Source: Mobula hypostoma (taxonomy: Eukaryota). Taken from it: a stretch of DNA of 64,000 nt. Both the position numbers and the translations under genes were made by a program. A model generated the notes under the pieces. It saw only the letters and a list, made by a program, of their open reading frames with translations, was not told where the DNA came from and made no database searches. The first letter of the stretch is position 1, and the number at the start of each line of letters is the position of its first letter. The stretch is from assembly GCF_963921235.1 (NCBI RefSeq), contig NC_086097.1:162256001-162320000 (forward strand), given 5' to 3'. Below are positions 1 to 14,229 of the stretch, piece after piece.

Positions 1-1800
1 TGCAAATATTTAAAAGTAAATTGGCAAAATAACAACCAATAAAAAGAAGGTAGTGGCCATGGCTAAAATGGGGGTTTGAAGCTTCGGCTCGTGGAGCTTC
101 AGCAGGAAGAGGCCGAGTAAGTCACCTAGGTGAGTGTGAAACTCAAAGGTTTCGGAGAGAAGGCACAGGTAAGAAAAGGTAAGTTTTTTTTTGGTGTTTG
201 TAAATCCTTTGTCCTTAATTCATTGTAGGCAGAATGGTAGTTAAGGCAGTGGGATGTGGGATTTCGGGGTAGCAAACAGTCTCCCTGATGACTATGTCTG
301 TGGGAAGTGCACCCAACTTTAGCTCCTTACTGACCAGGTTGAAGAACTGGAGCTGGATGTACTCAGAACCATCCTGGAGGATGAAAACCCCATAGATGAA
401 ACTTCTTGCTGAGGTGGTCACACCCAGAGTGCAGGCTTCAAATAGAAGATTGGTGACCACCAGAAGAAGCAAGGGGAGCAAGTAATCAGTGCGGGTTTCC
501 CCTGTGGCCTCAGCAACAAGCACAATATGCCCCTTTGGATGCTGCTGGGTGTGATGAACTGTCAGAGTGCAGCAGCATCAGCCAGGCCAGTGACACTGTG
601 GCCAGCTCTGAGGCTCAACAAGGAAGGGTAAAGTTAGGAAGAGTGATAGTGATTGGAGACGTGAAAGCTGGGGGACAGACCAGAGATTCTGTGTCTGCGA
701 AAGAGAGGCCAGGATGGTGTGTTGCCTCAGAGCAGCTACAGGATATTCTCAAAGGGTGAAGGTGAGGTACACATTCGCACCAATGATGTAAGTCCCTCAT
801 GGGACACTTGTCCAGAAAATTAAGATGCATAGGATCCATTGTGAATTGACTGCTTGGATTCGGAACTGGCTTGTCCATTGAAGACAGAGTAGTGTTCAAT
901 GGGACTTATTCTAGAATCGAAGATCTGTGATTAGTGGTGTTTTGCGGGGATCTGCACTGGGACCTTTGCTGTTGTGATGTTCTCAGTGACCTGGATGAAA
1001 ATGTAAATGGATGGGTTAATAAGTTTGCAGATGGTACGGAGATTGGTGGTGTTGTGGATAGCATAGAAGACTGGCAAAGAATACAGCAGGATATAGATCA
1101 GCTGCAGATATGGGCAGTGAAATGGCAGATAGAGTTTAACCTGTCCAAATGTGAAATGTTGCACCTTGATAGGTCAAATGTAAAGAGACAATACGCTCTT
1201 AAAGGCTAAACCGTTAACTGTATTGATGAGCAGAGAAACCTTGGGATCCAAGTTCATATCTCCCTGAAAGTGGCTACACAGGTTGATAGGGTGGTTCAGA
1301 AGGCATGTGGCATTTATTAGTCAAGGCATTGAGTTCAAAAGGCAGGATGTTGCAGCTTTATGAAATTCTAGCTAGGCTGCATCTGGAATATTGCATACAG
1401 TTCTGATCACTCATAATAAGAAAGATGACAAGGCTTTGGAGAGGATGCAGAAGAGGTTTACCAGGATTCTCTCTGGATTAGAGAGCATGTTCTATAAAGA
1501 GATGTTGGACAAACTTGTGTTGTTTTCTCTGGAATGCTGGAGGCTGATGAGATCTGATTTTAAGATAGATAAAGTTGAGAGACAGTATCTTTGCCCAGGT
1601 TTGAAATATCTAATACAAGAGGGCATGCATTTAAAGTGAAAGGGGTTAAGTTCAAAGGGGATATGAGAGACATGTGTTTTCACACAGAGAGTGGTGGATG
1701 CCTGGAATGCACCATCCAGCAAGGCGGTAAAGGCAGATACAGAAGGGACTTTTCAGAGATGCTTAAATAGACGCATGAATGTGAGAGAAATGGATTGGTA
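1..1800 (+). mobile_element. Degenerate CR1 LINE (5' region, ORF1 remnant and RT/3' remnant)
   Basis: ORF1-like peptide GRVIVIGD (535-759). RT peptides NKFADGTEIGGVVDS, WQIEFNLSKCEMLH and ALERMQKRFTR. Many stops and frameshifts. Confidence 0.85.
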
Positions 1801-2994
1801 GTTGATAATCATTTTTCAGCAAACGCTGGAGAATAAATACCACAGGTTCTAACCTCCTTGATAGCTGCTGAACTATCTTGGTCATTCTCACATGAGCTGA
1901 AGTGCCCACCAAAAGAAGGAAAGTCGGAAGGAAGACAAATCCGAGGAGAGAATAACTTAACAAACAAATGTTCAGTGGGGTGTGATATGAAGAGAAATAT
2001 GATGTGATTTTAAAATGGAATGAAGCAGAAGAGGAAAAGTAGCGAGAGGAGCAACTGCAGCAGAATTAGAAGAAATAAAGTGTGTTAGAGAATAAACTGG
2101 GGTGAAACATAAGAAACAGGAGCAGGGGTAGGCCATCTGGCCCATCGAGCCTGCCCCGCCATTCAATGAGATCATGGCTGATCTGTCCGAAAACTTAGCT
2201 CCATCTACCTGCCTTTTCCCCATAACCCTTAATTCCCTTACTATGTAAAAACCTCTCTAACTGTTTCTTAAATATATTTAGTGAGGAAGCTTCAACTGCT
2301 TTCCTGGACAGACGAGGGCTGTAAATCTGGTGAACAGAGTTGTGGTAAGGGAAAATAATTGATGCAGCTTTGTAGAAATACATTAATTACAAAGATTATC
2401 TAACTGCCTTAATTTATTATACTTTATTAATATTCCTATTAAGTATTTCTGTTGCATCTCATTATTTATATTAATTTGTTATATTTTACATTATCTGTCA
2501 AAAGTCAATAAAGATTTGATCCTGGACAAATCTTGAAATAGAAGCAACTGAAATAGTGAATCTAATTACTTTTACGTAGTAACAATGAAGATTTGCAATG
2601 TTTTCAAATGCATATCATACGTGGAATCCTACTGCAGAAGGGGCAATTGTTTAGCCTGTTGTGGCTGAGCGAGGCTTTTGAAAAAGACGGTTAAGCTCAT
2701 TCATGTGTCCCATTTTCTCCCTCAAGCTATTTGTCTGATTTCCTTTTGAAATTGTTATTAAATCTGCTTCCATTATTCTTTCAGGCAGAGCATGCCAAAA
2801 GACATTGCTGAAAATAGTGAATGGTTCTTTATCATATCTATGTCTTCTGAGTGCTTCATTCAGCCTCAGAAAGTAGTGTGCAATGTAATTTTATGGTCAT
2901 GAATGCCAAAGTAGTGGGTCTACATAGACTGATGCATTTAGTCCTACAAAGTGGAAAATTGGATCCCTGCCTTGGAATCTATTTATATTTCCCG

Positions 2995-3700
2995 AACACA
3001 AGAAAGTCTGCAGATGCTGGAAATCCAAAGCAGCACACACAAACTGCCAGAGGAACTCAGAAGGTCTGGAGCAGCTGTAGAAATGAATAAACAGTTGATG
3101 TTTCAGTCCTGGACCCTCGTTCAGGACCGAGAAGGAAGGGGGAAGATGCCAGAATAAAAAGATGGGGAATGGGACTAGCTAGAAGGTGACAGATGAAGCC
3201 AGGTGGGTGGGAAAGTTAAAGAGCTAGAGAAGAAGGAATCTGATAGGAGAGGAGAGTGGACCAGAGGGGAAAGGGAAGGAGGAGGGGACCCAGGAGTAAT
3301 AGGCAAGTGAGAAGAGATAAAAGGTCAGAGTGGGGAATAGAGGAAGATGGGGCTGGAATTTGTTTACTGGAAGAAGAAATCGATACTCATGCCATCAGGT
3401 TGGAAAGTACCCAGACTGAATATAAGGTGTTGCTCTTCCACCCAAAGGGTGGCCTCATCTTGGCAGAAGAGGAGGCCATATACCAACACATCGGAATGGA
3501 AATTAAATTAAATATGAATTAAAACTGTCTGGCTACCGGGAAGTCCCGCTTGTTGTGGATGGAGCAGAAGTGCTCAATGAGGTGGTCTCCCATTTTATAA
3601 CAGGTCTCACCAATGTAGTGGAAGCTGCATCAGGAGCTCCAGACAGAAAAGTCCACCCCAGCAGATTCACAGGTGAAGTGTTGCATCAACTGGAAGGAGG
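2995..3700 (-). mobile_element. Penelope-like element 3' fragment (GIY-YIG remnant and pseudo-LTR)
   Basis: Minus strand gives HYIGET near 3600-3630. The 3' region matches the Penelope copies at 30.4-31.3 kb and 47.5-49.2 kb. Degenerate hammerhead motif at about 3092-3128. Confidence 0.75.
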
Positions 3701-4149
3701 TGTAGCACTTCGGCTGCTTGGCTCTCTCTGGGTTCCACACATTATTCTATCACCAGTTCTAACTATGGGTTCTGTGTGATCTTAAGCTCCTCTGTGTTAA
3801 TATGTTGGTTGTCCCAGATGAAAATGAATCAGATTTTCTGTGGAGATGTAATCCTATCCCTGCATAACAATCAACACCGCAAAATATATTCACCACCAAG
3901 GCAAGCCACAATCTTATCTAAAGGAATCTTCTGCTGTTAAGATAAAGATAACAAAGAAGTAAAGGCAATGTAGTTCCTTGCATTCACAATTGATACAATT
4001 TCCTGCCCAGACAGTTATTCTGTTCAAAAAATAGACACTTCTGTTATCTATTAAGGGATCTGGGATTTGTGCAGGAAAGTGACACTGAAGTAAACCAGTA
4101 TCTTACTCAATGGTGGTCCAAGCCTGAGCTGCTGAACAGCCTATTCCTG

Positions 4150-4460
4150 CGAGTACTGAAGAGTCTCAGCCCATAACCTCAACTTTTTATTCCTTTCCAT
4201 AGATGTTGCCAACCTGCTGAGTTTCTCCACCATTTTGTGCGTGTTATTCTGGTTTTGCAGCATGTGTAAAATCTCATGTTTCTTTTTCAACACACACAAG
4301 ATGCTGGAGGAACTCAGCAGGACTCAGTCCTGCTAAAGGGTCTCGGCCCGAATCATGTACTGTACTCTTTTCCATAGACGCTGCCTGGACTGTCGAGTTC
4401 CTCCAGCACTTTGTGTGTGTTCCTCGAATTTCCAGCATCTGCAGATTTTCTCTTGTTCCA
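4150..4460 (+). mobile_element. Penelope pseudo-LTR fragments, tandem and inverted
   Basis: Two copies of the GATGCTG..CTGAGTT..CCAGCA..TGTGTG unit. The segment at about 4288-4324 is an inverted copy. Degenerate hammerhead at 4325-4362. Confidence 0.7.
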
Positions 4461-6009
4461 ATTTCTTTTGTGTTCATTTTATTTCTCAATGGGACACCAG
4501 CGCCATCTTGTGGTACTTATTGGGGTTTCCGTGCAATCAGCGGTATGTCTTCATAATTAATACAGCACTGGAGTTACTTACTGGCCGTCTACAACGCATC
4601 AAGAGGGAGTACATGAGCCTGAAGAGACACATTCAACATTGTATGAACAGCTGCTTCCCCACTGCTATCAGATTTCTGAATGGACAATGCACAGGACCTC
4701 AATATTGTCTATTATTATGTATTACAATGTATTGCTCCCACAATACAACAAATTTCATGAGATGTGCTAGTGATATTAAACCTGACTCTGATTCTGTAAC
4801 TAGTCACAGTTACAATCTCTACCATGGTTTGCACAGCACAGCATGTGGGATCTCCCAGTTGCCATTTCATTTCCACACCAATGTCTGTTTGCAGCCTCCT
4901 CCACTACCAGGTCACAGGACATCACTTTCCAGTATTGAGAGGATCCAGACATTATAAGAAGACATTGGAAGAGGGATTGACAAACTAACAGCAAATTTTA
5001 AAAATGCAGAGCCACTAAAAATTACATTTTTAGTTTATTACCTGAGCCATGTACACATTGTCAAACAGCATAGGAAATGGACCAAAAGTCGCAAGAGCAG
5101 AATTAGACCATCTGACCCATCAAGTCTGCACCAGCATCCCATCATGGCCGATATATTATCCGCCTAAACCCCGTGCCCATGCCTTCTCCTTGTAACCTTT
5201 GACACTCTTATTAATCAAGAACCTATCAAACTCTGCTTGGCCTGCACAGTCGTCTGTGGCAATGAATTCCAGATTCCCCAAAATTAGGGAATTCACTATT
5301 ACCATAGAGTTGTGTAAATTGATAATGATACATGAGGAACTAGTACCTGTATTAGGCAAGTGAAATACTGCGAACAGCTACTTCCATCAGGGCGGGCTTC
5401 ATTTGAATTAGGTACTTAAAAGTTGTAGACTCTAAACTAATAGGGAGAGGAAAGAAGTATGAACAGAGTGCCAATGACAGCATTAAGTAAAACAATTGAG
5501 AACATAAGCACAGGTCAGTGAAGGTCAAAATGTCACAGGAAGGCATAGAAAATAAGTAAATACTTACAGTAGAAATTGGAACCAGATTAAGTAGCAAATG
5601 TATAAAGTTAAGGCTATCTGAATGAATGCAGGATCCGTGTAAAAATTACAGCACACATGTTTATTAGCTGTTGCAGAAATATGGTTGTATGATTCCAGTT
5701 TATTCAATGTCACAAATGAATGAATAAAGAAAAAGGGAGATGAAGTGGGATGGTGTTCCGTAGTTTAACTGCAATGGATTATGTGGAATTGGTTTGGGAA
5801 ACTGCAGGGGAAAGACAGGTACTCTTTAGGACCCCTAAGTAATGCCTATCAAAGCATAAATGGGAAAATATCAAAAGTGTGTTAGAAGAGAACTAGTGTC
5901 ATGGTATGGTTGGGAATGTTAATCGTTATATTCATTAGACTAATCAAACTGGCAAGTGTACCATGCAAGAATTTGTGGCATCTCTACTGCCTGTTATGCC
6001 ACTGGCTTG

Positions 6010-7620
6010 AGCATGTAGGTATTAAGAAAGAGGATGTGCTGGAGCTTTTGGTAAGCATCAAGTTGGATAAGTCGCCAGGACCAGATGAGATGTACCCCAG
6101 GCTACTGTGGGAGGCGAGGGAGGAGATTGCTGAGCCTCTGGCGATGATCCTTGCATCATCAATGGGGACAGGAGAGGTTCCGGAGGATTGGAGGGTTGCG
6201 GATGTTGTTCCCTTATTCAAGAAAGGGAGTAGAGATAGCCCAGGAAATTATAGACCAGTGAGTCTTACCTCAGTGGTTAGTAAGCTGATGGAGAAGATCC
6301 TGAGAGGCAGGATTTATGAACATTTGGAGAGGTATAATATGATTAGGGATAGTCAGCAGAGCTTTGTCAAGGTAGGTCGTGCCTTACAAGCCTGTTTGAA
6401 TTTTTTGAGGATGTGACTAAGCTTATTGATGAAGGAAGAGCAGTAGATGTAGTGTATATGGATTTCAAGGCAATTGATAAGGTACCCCATGCAAGGCTTA
6501 TTGAGAAAGTAAGGAGGCATGGGATCCAAGGGGACATTGCTTTGTGGATCCAGAACTGGCTTGCCCACAGAAGGAAAAGAGTGGTTGTAGATGGTCAAAT
6601 GCTGCATGGAGGTCAGTGACCAGTGGTATGCCTCGGGGATCTGTTCTGGGACCCTTCGTGATTTTTATAAGTGACCTGGATGCGGAAGTGGAGGGATGGG
6701 TTAGTAAATTTGCTGATGACACAAAGGTTGGCGGTGTTGTGGATAGTGTGGAGGGCTGTCAGAGGTTGCAGTGAGACATTGATAGGATGCAAAACTGGGC
6801 TGAGAAGTGGCAGATGGAGTTCAACCCAGATAAGTGTGAAGTGGTTCATTTTGGTAGGTCAAATATGATGACAGAATATAGTATTAATGGTAAGACTCTT
6901 GGCAGTGTGGAGGATCAGAGGGATATTGGGGTCCAAGTCCATTGGATGTTCAAAGCAGCTGCGCAGGTTGACTCTATGGTTAAGAAGGCGTACTGTGTAT
7001 TGGTCTTCATCAATCATGGGATTGAGTTTAGGAGCCGAGAGGTAATGTTGCAGCTGTATAGGACCCTGGTCAGACCCCATTTGAAGTACTGTGCTCAGTT
7101 CTGGTCACCTCACTACAGGAAGGATGTGGAAACCATAGAAAAGGTGCAGAGGAGATTTACAAGGATGTTGCCTGAATTGGGGAGCATCCCTAATGAGAAT
7201 AGGTTGAGTGAACTCGGCCTTTTCTTCTTGGAGCGACGGAGGATGAGAGGTGACCTGACAGAGGTGTATAAGATGATGAGAGGCATTGATCATGTGAATA
7301 GTCAGAGGCTTTTTCCCAGGACTGAAATGGCTGCCACAAGAGGGCACAGGTTTAAGGTGCTTGGGAGTAGGTACCGAGGAGATGTCAGGGGTAGGTTTTT
7401 TACTCAGAGAGTGGTGAGTGCGTGGAATGGGCTGCCAGCAACAGTGGTAGAGGCGGATACGATAGGGTCTTCTAAGAGACTTTTGGATAGGTACATGGAG
7501 CTTAGAAAAATAGAGGGCTATGGATAGCCCGAGTAATTTCTAAGGTAAGGACATGTTCGGCACAACTTTGTGGGCCGAAGGGCCTGTATTGTGCTGTAGG
7601 TTTTCTATGTTTCCATGTTT
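6010..7620 (+). mobile_element. CR1 LINE, RT half, frameshifted
   Basis: KSPGPD, PGNYRPVSLTS, VVYMDF, SKFADDTK and RPHLKYCAQFWSP across ORFs 5901-6416, 6413-6619, 6544-6774 and 6787-7527. Ends in a TTCTATGT-type tail. Confidence 0.95.
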
Positions 7621-7989
7621 CAATGAAGGTCCTCCACCTCTGGTGGTGTACAGGGCTTCTTCATCATATCAGTGGCTCAGGATGCAAGTCCCAGGTGAAG
7701 ACTCAGGAATACCATCACACTCAGATGCAGCATTCTTCATTGCTGTTTCCATAACATTTTTTTTACCAGTCAGGGTGGTTAGCCAAACCCTCGAACCTGG
7801 AGGACCAATGGACAACTCCTAGTAGGCCACTACCCTTTGACCTGTTTGGCATGGGTGACCCTACCAAAAGCCAAAGGATAAAGCCCTGACTCCTGCCAAT
7901 ATATCTGTTCAGATCATTGAGTCATGCAAGCCTGCAAACCACAACAAGGTTGTGGTGCTCAGTTCTAGGAGAGGACCACTGAATAGGAA

Positions 7990-8470
7990 GATTGCAAATT
8001 TGAATCCCTTAAGCCATAGATCACAGAAACAGACCCTTTAGCCCATCTCGCCCATGCTGAAATGTCCCATCGACCCACACCGAGAACAAAGCTTTCAATA
8101 TCCCTCATGTCTATGTACTTATCCAAACTTCTCTGAAATGTTGACATTGATCCTGCAGCCTCCACTTACTCTGGCAGTTCATTCCACTTTTGTACCGCAC
8201 TTTATCTTTCACCCTTAATCTATGGTCTCTAGTTCTAGGTTCACCCAATCCCTGGAAAAGGTTTGCTTGCATTAACCCTATCTATACCCCTCATAATTTC
8301 GTATATCTATCAAATCTCTCTTCATTCTCCTACACTCCAGGGAATAAAGTCCAAACTTATTCAATCTTTCCCTCAAACTCAGATATTCAAGTCCCAGCAT
8401 CATCCTTGTAAATGTTCTCTTATTCTCAACTTTACTGATAATTTTCTTGCAGGTAGGTAACAAGAACTGT
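7990..8470 (-). mobile_element. CR1 3' fragment
   Basis: ORF 8278-8463 (FTRMMLGLE..ERLNKFGLYSLECRRM) plus CR1 3' UTR. Confidence 0.75.
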
Positions 8471-8499
8471 ATTAGTACTTTGATTTAGGTAGTCCAATG

Positions 8500-9900
8500 T
8501 ACCAAAAGCTGTCTTTATGACCGTATCAGAAAGGGTAAAATGAAGGAACACAGATCAATCCTGATAGAGCGATCAGAAGAGGAAAGAGTGAGCAATTTCA
8601 GGTTCCTGGGTATCAATATCTCTGAGGATCTATCCTGGACCCAACATATCGATGCAGCTATAGGATAAGGAAGCCACATCAGTGGCTATATTTCATTAAG
8701 AGTTTGAGATTTGGTATGTCACCAAAGACGCTCACAAATTTCTATAGATACAGGTCAAATATGATGGCAGAATATAGTATTAATGGCAAGATTCTTGACA
8801 GTGTGGAGGATCAGAGGGATCTTGGCGTCCATATCCATAGGACACTCAAAACTGCTACGCAGGTTGACTGTGTGGTTAAGAAGGCATACGGTGCATTGGC
8901 CTTCATCAACCATGGGACTGAATTCAAGAGCCGAGAGGTAATGTTACTGCTGTATAGAACCCTGGTCAGACCCCATCTGGAGTACTGTGCTCAGTTCTGG
9001 TCACCTCACTACAAGAAGGATGTGGAAACTACAGAAAGGGTGCAAAAGAGATTTGGGAACATGCCTTATGAGAATAGGTTGAGTGAACTTGGCCCTTTCT
9101 CCTTGGAGCGACAAAGGGTGAGAGGTGACCTGATAGTAGAGGTGTATAAGATGATGAGAGGCATTGATCATGTGGATAGTCAGAGGCTTCTTCCCAGGAC
9201 TGAAATGGCTAACACAAGAGGGCACAGTTTTAAGGTGCTTGGAAGTGGGTACAGAGGGAATGGCAGGGGTAAGTTTTTTACACAGAGAGTGCATGGAATG
9301 GGCTGCTGGTGCCTGTGATGGAGGCGGATACAATAGGGTCTTTTAAGAGACTCCTGGACAGGTACATGGAGCTTAGAGAAATAGAGGGCTATGCGTAACA
9401 CTAGGTGATTTCTAAAGTAGGTACATGTTCGGCACAGCATTGTGGGCTGAATGGCCTGTACTGTGCTGTAGATTTTCTGTTTCTCTATACTGTGGAGTGC
9501 ATTCTAACTGGCTGCATCACCATTTGATATGGGAGCGGGCAACCGCACAGGATTGAAATCAGCTGTAGAGGTGTAAACCTAGCTCCATCATGGGCACCAG
9601 CCTCTGTAGAATCCAGGACATCTTCAAAGAGTGATGCCTCAGGAAGGCAGCACCCACCCTTAGGGACCCCCATCACCCAGGTCATGTCTTGTTCTCAACA
9701 GAAACCTCAAGGCACACACTCAGTGATTCAGGAACAGCTTCTCCCCCTCTGCCATCTGATTTCTGAATGGACATTGAACCCATGAACGCTATCTTATTAC
9801 TATTTTTATTTCTGTTTTTGCACTAGTTGTTTAATTAACTATTTTATATACTTACAGTGATTCACTAGTTTACTTCTATTATTACGTATTGCATTGTGTG
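8500..9900 (+). mobile_element. Rex/Babar-like LINE 3' remnant, interrupted by a CR1 fragment
   Basis: KTLTNFYR before 8750 resumes as the ILTGCIT-type segment after 9490, then DPHHPGH. These are C-terminal motifs of fish Rex1/L2-group LINEs. Confidence 0.7.
8750..9490 (+). mobile_element. CR1 3' fragment, same subfamily as 6010-7620
   Basis: ORF 8704-9318 (EDQRDLGV..RPHLEYCAQFWSP) with a near-identical 3' UTR. Confidence 0.9.
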
Positions 9901-10029
9901 TGTGCGTCCATCGCGAGCAATGAGGGTCACTGACATCCTTGGGTGGGTGTGTAACAATGGTCCAGTATGTTGTTTCCTCTGGTATTGCAAGTGATCTGTT
10001 GATAGTAATTGTTTTTTTTTCAGACTGGC

Positions 10030-12270
10030 CTGGTTAAAATTCCCCAAAACTTGTCAGTAGCACATTTATAGATGATGTTTGAGCTGCATCTAGCCAAGTT
10101 GTGGGTATACAGCAAAACATCCACCATTGTCCCTGTACCTATACCCAAGATAACATGACTGAATGACTAGCATTCTGTCACACTCACCTCAGTAAGTAAA
10201 TACTTTGTGAGGCTGGTCAAGGATAACGTCTGCAGCATGTTACCACCCACACTGGATCCCCTACAATTCACCTACCGGCACAGCTAATCAACAGTTGATG
10301 CAATAACCACAGCTCTACTCACCATTCTTACACACCCGAAGGATGCTTATGTGAGAATGCTATTCTTGGACTACAGTTCAGCATTCAACACCGTAATTCC
10401 CTCCAAGCTGGACAAGAAGCTCAGAGACCGAGGCCTTCACCCTGCCTTGTGTAGATGGATCCTGGGCTTCCTGTCTGATTGCCAGCAGGTGTAAGAGTGG
10501 GCTCCCTCACCTCTGCCCCTCCTTTACTCTCTGTATACCCATGACTGTGTCACCACCCACACCTCCAATCTGCTAATTAAATTTGCTGATGATACTAATT
10601 GATTTGCCTATCTCAAATAATAACGAGGCAGCCTACAAAGGAGTCATCACCCTGACACAGTGGTGTCAAGAAAACAACCTCTTCCTCAATGTCACAAAAA
10701 AAAACAGGAGGAACAGAGACAGACTAACGCCCCCATTGACATCAGTGGATCTGAGTTTGAGAATGACTAGCTTTAAGTTCATTGGCATACACATTCATGC
10801 TGATACAATTGTATTTCTATGCTATATTAACTGCCCTGTTGTAAGAACTATTTATTACAAATTACTATATATTGCACATTTAGACAGACATAAAAGATTC
10901 TTACTCATGTATGTGAAGGATGTAAAAAAAATGAAGTCAATTCAATACAGCAGTGGGCAGAACATACATCTCTGAGGTGCACCATTGTTGATTGTCCAAG
11001 TCTTCCAATCTGTACTGACTGTGGCCTGGTACATAAAGGATCCAGTTGCGGAGGCCCAGGTTTTGGAGCTATCATCAGTATTCAAGCACGTGAATTTGAA
11101 CTCATCTCAGTACTGTGCCTATCCAAAAACCTTGCATTTTTTTTACTGCAGGATCAATATCCATCATGAATGAAAAGGTTAAGCACAAAAGGTTATAGTT
11201 TGACACCAATCAGATTAAAATTACACAAGATGTTAAAGGGATTCACCAGGATGCATGTGAACTCTGGCAAGGTATACGTTCTTCCCACAAAGCCAACCCA
11301 TCATCATGAATGACAGTGATGCTTGTTTCCCAGGCAAGCTTTTATGCTCGCTTTGAAAGGCAGAATAAAGCCTCAGCTATAAGGATCCTTGCAGCACTCG
11401 GTGACCCAGTGATCTGTCTCAGAGGTAGACGTCTGGCTTTCAAGGTGAACCCTCACAAGGTGCAAGTACCTGGTACAGTTCTGAAAATCTGTACCAACTG
11501 CAGAGGTATTCAGACATTTTCAATCTCTTACTGCTAGTCTTAAGTCATAACCTGCTTTGCCCAAGACAAGGGTGAGCTGCCTTAACGACTATTGCCCATC
11601 TACTCCAGAACCTGGGCCTCTGCAGCTGGATCCTCAGCTTCCATATTGGAAGACCACAATCTGTACAGGCCAAAATTAACATCTCCACCTTGCTGACAAT
11701 CAATACTCCCACACCTCAGGGACATGTGCTTAGCCCATTGCTCTACTCTCTACACCCATGACTGTGTAGTAGGTATAGCTCAATTTACATCTATAAATTT
11801 TTTGATGATACTATTGCTGGCAGAATTTCAGATCTTAATGAGGGCATACAGGAGTGAGATAAACCAACAGGTTGAGTGAGTGGTGTCACAGCAACAACCC
11901 TTGTACTTAATGCAAGGTCAAGGAACTAATTTCATACTTCAGAAAGGGTAAGGGAACACATAGAGGCATCAGTGGAAAGAGTGAATCAAATGCCCAGAGT
12001 CAATAGCTGTTTCATTAGGAGTCTGAGACTTGGTATGTCACCTAGAACACTTGAATATTTCTATGAACGCACTGTGGAAAGCATTCCAACTGGCCATGTC
12101 ATCTGGTTTGGTGGGAGGTGCACCACTGTGCAGGATTGAAATAAGCTGCAGCATTGTCAACTGAATCATGAGCACGAGCCTCCTTAGTATCCAAGACATC
12201 TGCAATGGCTCATAAAGGCAGTGTGCATCATTGGGACCCCCATCACCCAGGACATGCCTCTTCCCATTGC
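10030..12270 (+). mobile_element. Two degenerate Rex/Babar-like LINE RT remnants
   Basis: [18 protein letters not shown] RT motif at about 10370-10410, KFADD at about 10580, and a second degenerate copy at 11140-12270. Confidence 0.65.
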
Positions 12271-13144
12271 TACCAATGTTCCCTCTGAGGTGTTAGTACA
12301 CATATCTTTTGTTACAAGAACACAAAGGAATTGTACAAAGAAGTTGCATCATGATGGACTTAAGGACCTGGGGAGCTCAGGAACTACTGCCCACTCCCGA
12401 GTCAGGAGCAAGTCAGTGTATTGTGAAGTGAAATAAACACCATTTGAGAATTATCAAACCATTAATTTTAATACATTAATAACATCAGTCAACAGAACAA
12501 AAATACTGTTGTTTCAGCAGCAGCTCCTCAGCTCCCTGGCTCCTAAAGTCCATCCTCACAACACAAACTTTGTACTCGTAGCAAAAGATGTGTGCGCAGC
12601 CAACACCCAAGAGGAAACATTGGAAAGGAGTACCGAACCCCAAAGAAACACACTTAACAATTCAGAAACAGCTTCGTTCTGCTGTTATCCGATTTCCAAA
12701 TGGACACTGAACCCATGAACTCTAGTTTATATTCCACCTGGGTAACCTCCAACCTGATGGCATAACTTCACAGAGATCATGACCTATGCCAGAGATATTA
12801 AACCTGGTTCTGATTTAAAGTCGCAGGTTGGGAAAAAATTGAGTTGTTTTTCTTTGGAGTGTGGAGGGGTAACCCGATACAGCCAGGGAATAGACATGGA
12901 CCTCCTGCAGGCAAATGGGATTAGCTAAAATTGATCCATGTGTATGGCGACCATGATGCCAAAGACCCTGTTCTGACAAGGGATACACCCTAGCACAAAA
13001 ATAGCAGTAAGATAACGCATTATCATTGCTAAATCACGAGGAAATGCCACACATTTCCAAATAATGCTTTTAAATGCAAAGGTCAGGACAGCTATTGCAA
13101 TAACTGGCTTGTGTGTATTCATTGTCATTCAAAAATAATTTGTA

Positions 13145-13158
13145 TTTATTTATTTATT
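13145..13158 (-). terminator. RPLP1: RPLP1 polyadenylation signals (overlapping AATAAA)
   Basis: Plus strand TTTATTTATTTATT gives three overlapping AATAAA on minus, 23-36 nt after the stop codon. Confidence 0.8.
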
Positions 13159-13180
13159 TGTAACAAATACTTCATGGCAC

Positions 13181-13260
13181 TTAATCAAAGAGACCAAAAC
13201 CCATGTCATCATCAGACTCCTCAGATTCTTCCTGTTTCTTCTCTTCCTTTTTCTCTTCCG
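13181..13260 (-). CDS. RPLP1: 60S acidic ribosomal protein P1, exon 4 (80 nt including stop)
   Basis: AG acceptor at 13261-13262. Encodes (A)EEKKEEKKQEESEESDDDMGFGLFD*, the conserved P-protein C-terminus. Confidence 0.98.
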
Positions 13261-13352
13261 CTGCAAGAGGAAAAAACACCTCAGTTCCTTGAAACAGAGT
13301 TACCAAAACAAGAATAGTTGTAATTAAGTAAACGGACGGCTAAAACACTCAC

Positions 13353-13461
13353 CAGCAGGAGCAGCAGCAGTGGTAGCTGCGGCAGCAGGAGCAGCACCAC
13401 CTCCTCCACCACCAGCACCAACACTACAGATCAGACTATTAATGTCAACGTTTGCCAAAGC
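13353..13461 (-). CDS. RPLP1: 60S acidic ribosomal protein P1, exon 3 (109 nt)
   Basis: AG acceptor at 13462-13463, GTGAGT donor at 13352. Encodes ALANVDINSLICSVGAGGGGGGAAPAAAATTAAAPA, the hinge region. Confidence 0.97.
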
Positions 13462-13831
13462 CTGAAACACATTAGACAAGGAGTCCACTTATTAAGCAGA
13501 TATAGACGAGTACATCTTTACACAGTGCAGCGGATGACAATTTATAAATCATCACTAACAGCAGAAGTTGGCTGAAAAAGTAACGGCAAATTAAAACAAT
13601 TTTGAATAACTAAAGTTTTGAGCCAAGGGCTTGCCAGATTAAAAAATGGTATCAAGGGACAAAAACAATTGCATTTATGGTTGGCCAGAGTCAAAAAATG
13701 ACACCGAGTTCAGGAGGAAACTTAATTGATGGTGGGAATTAAAGAATCAACCAGAGGGACATTGAGAAATAAATTTGTTCATCTATAAGAAACAATGGAC
13801 AAACTAAAGAAGTAACACATTTTGACATTAC

Positions 13832-13906
13832 CTTAGCAAACAGACTGGGCCAGAAAGGCTCGACATTAATTCCAGCTGTCTTGATGAGGGCATTGAGCTT
13901 GTCTTC
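13832..13906 (-). CDS. RPLP1: 60S acidic ribosomal protein P1, exon 2 (75 nt)
   Basis: CAG acceptor and GTAATG donor. Encodes EDKLNALIKTAGINVEPFWPSLFAK. Confidence 0.98.
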
Positions 13907-14229
13907 CTGAAAGAAACAATGTAAAAACTGCATTAAAGTTTATTCCAGCCAAATGGAACACAAATACAGTTCAGGATTAAGCCACTTCATAATCAGAATT
14001 TGAAGGTGGTTTATTATGTTCAAATAAATGAAAAAAAAAACAAGTTTATCACCATTATTAGTGCAACAGGTGCACAAATACTTTAAGAAAAAGGATGCAG
14101 CATTACCCAGATCTTCCACCTCAAAAGGTAGTAAATACTTTGCCTCACCTAGCTTCTAACTTCTCATCCTCCTCTTTCTTAAATTTATATTAGTTTACTG
14201 TCATATACAACAGGGTGCATTGAAATTCC

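Noticed and set aside
4355..4957. 200-aa ORF
   Set aside because: It runs across Penelope pseudo-LTR and Rex-like 3' fragments and has no coherent domain.
13463..13560. Possible box C/D snoRNA in RPLP1 intron 2 (GTGATGA on minus at 13555-13549)
   Set aside because: No box D (CTGA) or terminal stem lies between box C and the 3' splice site. An Infernal/snoscan search would settle it.
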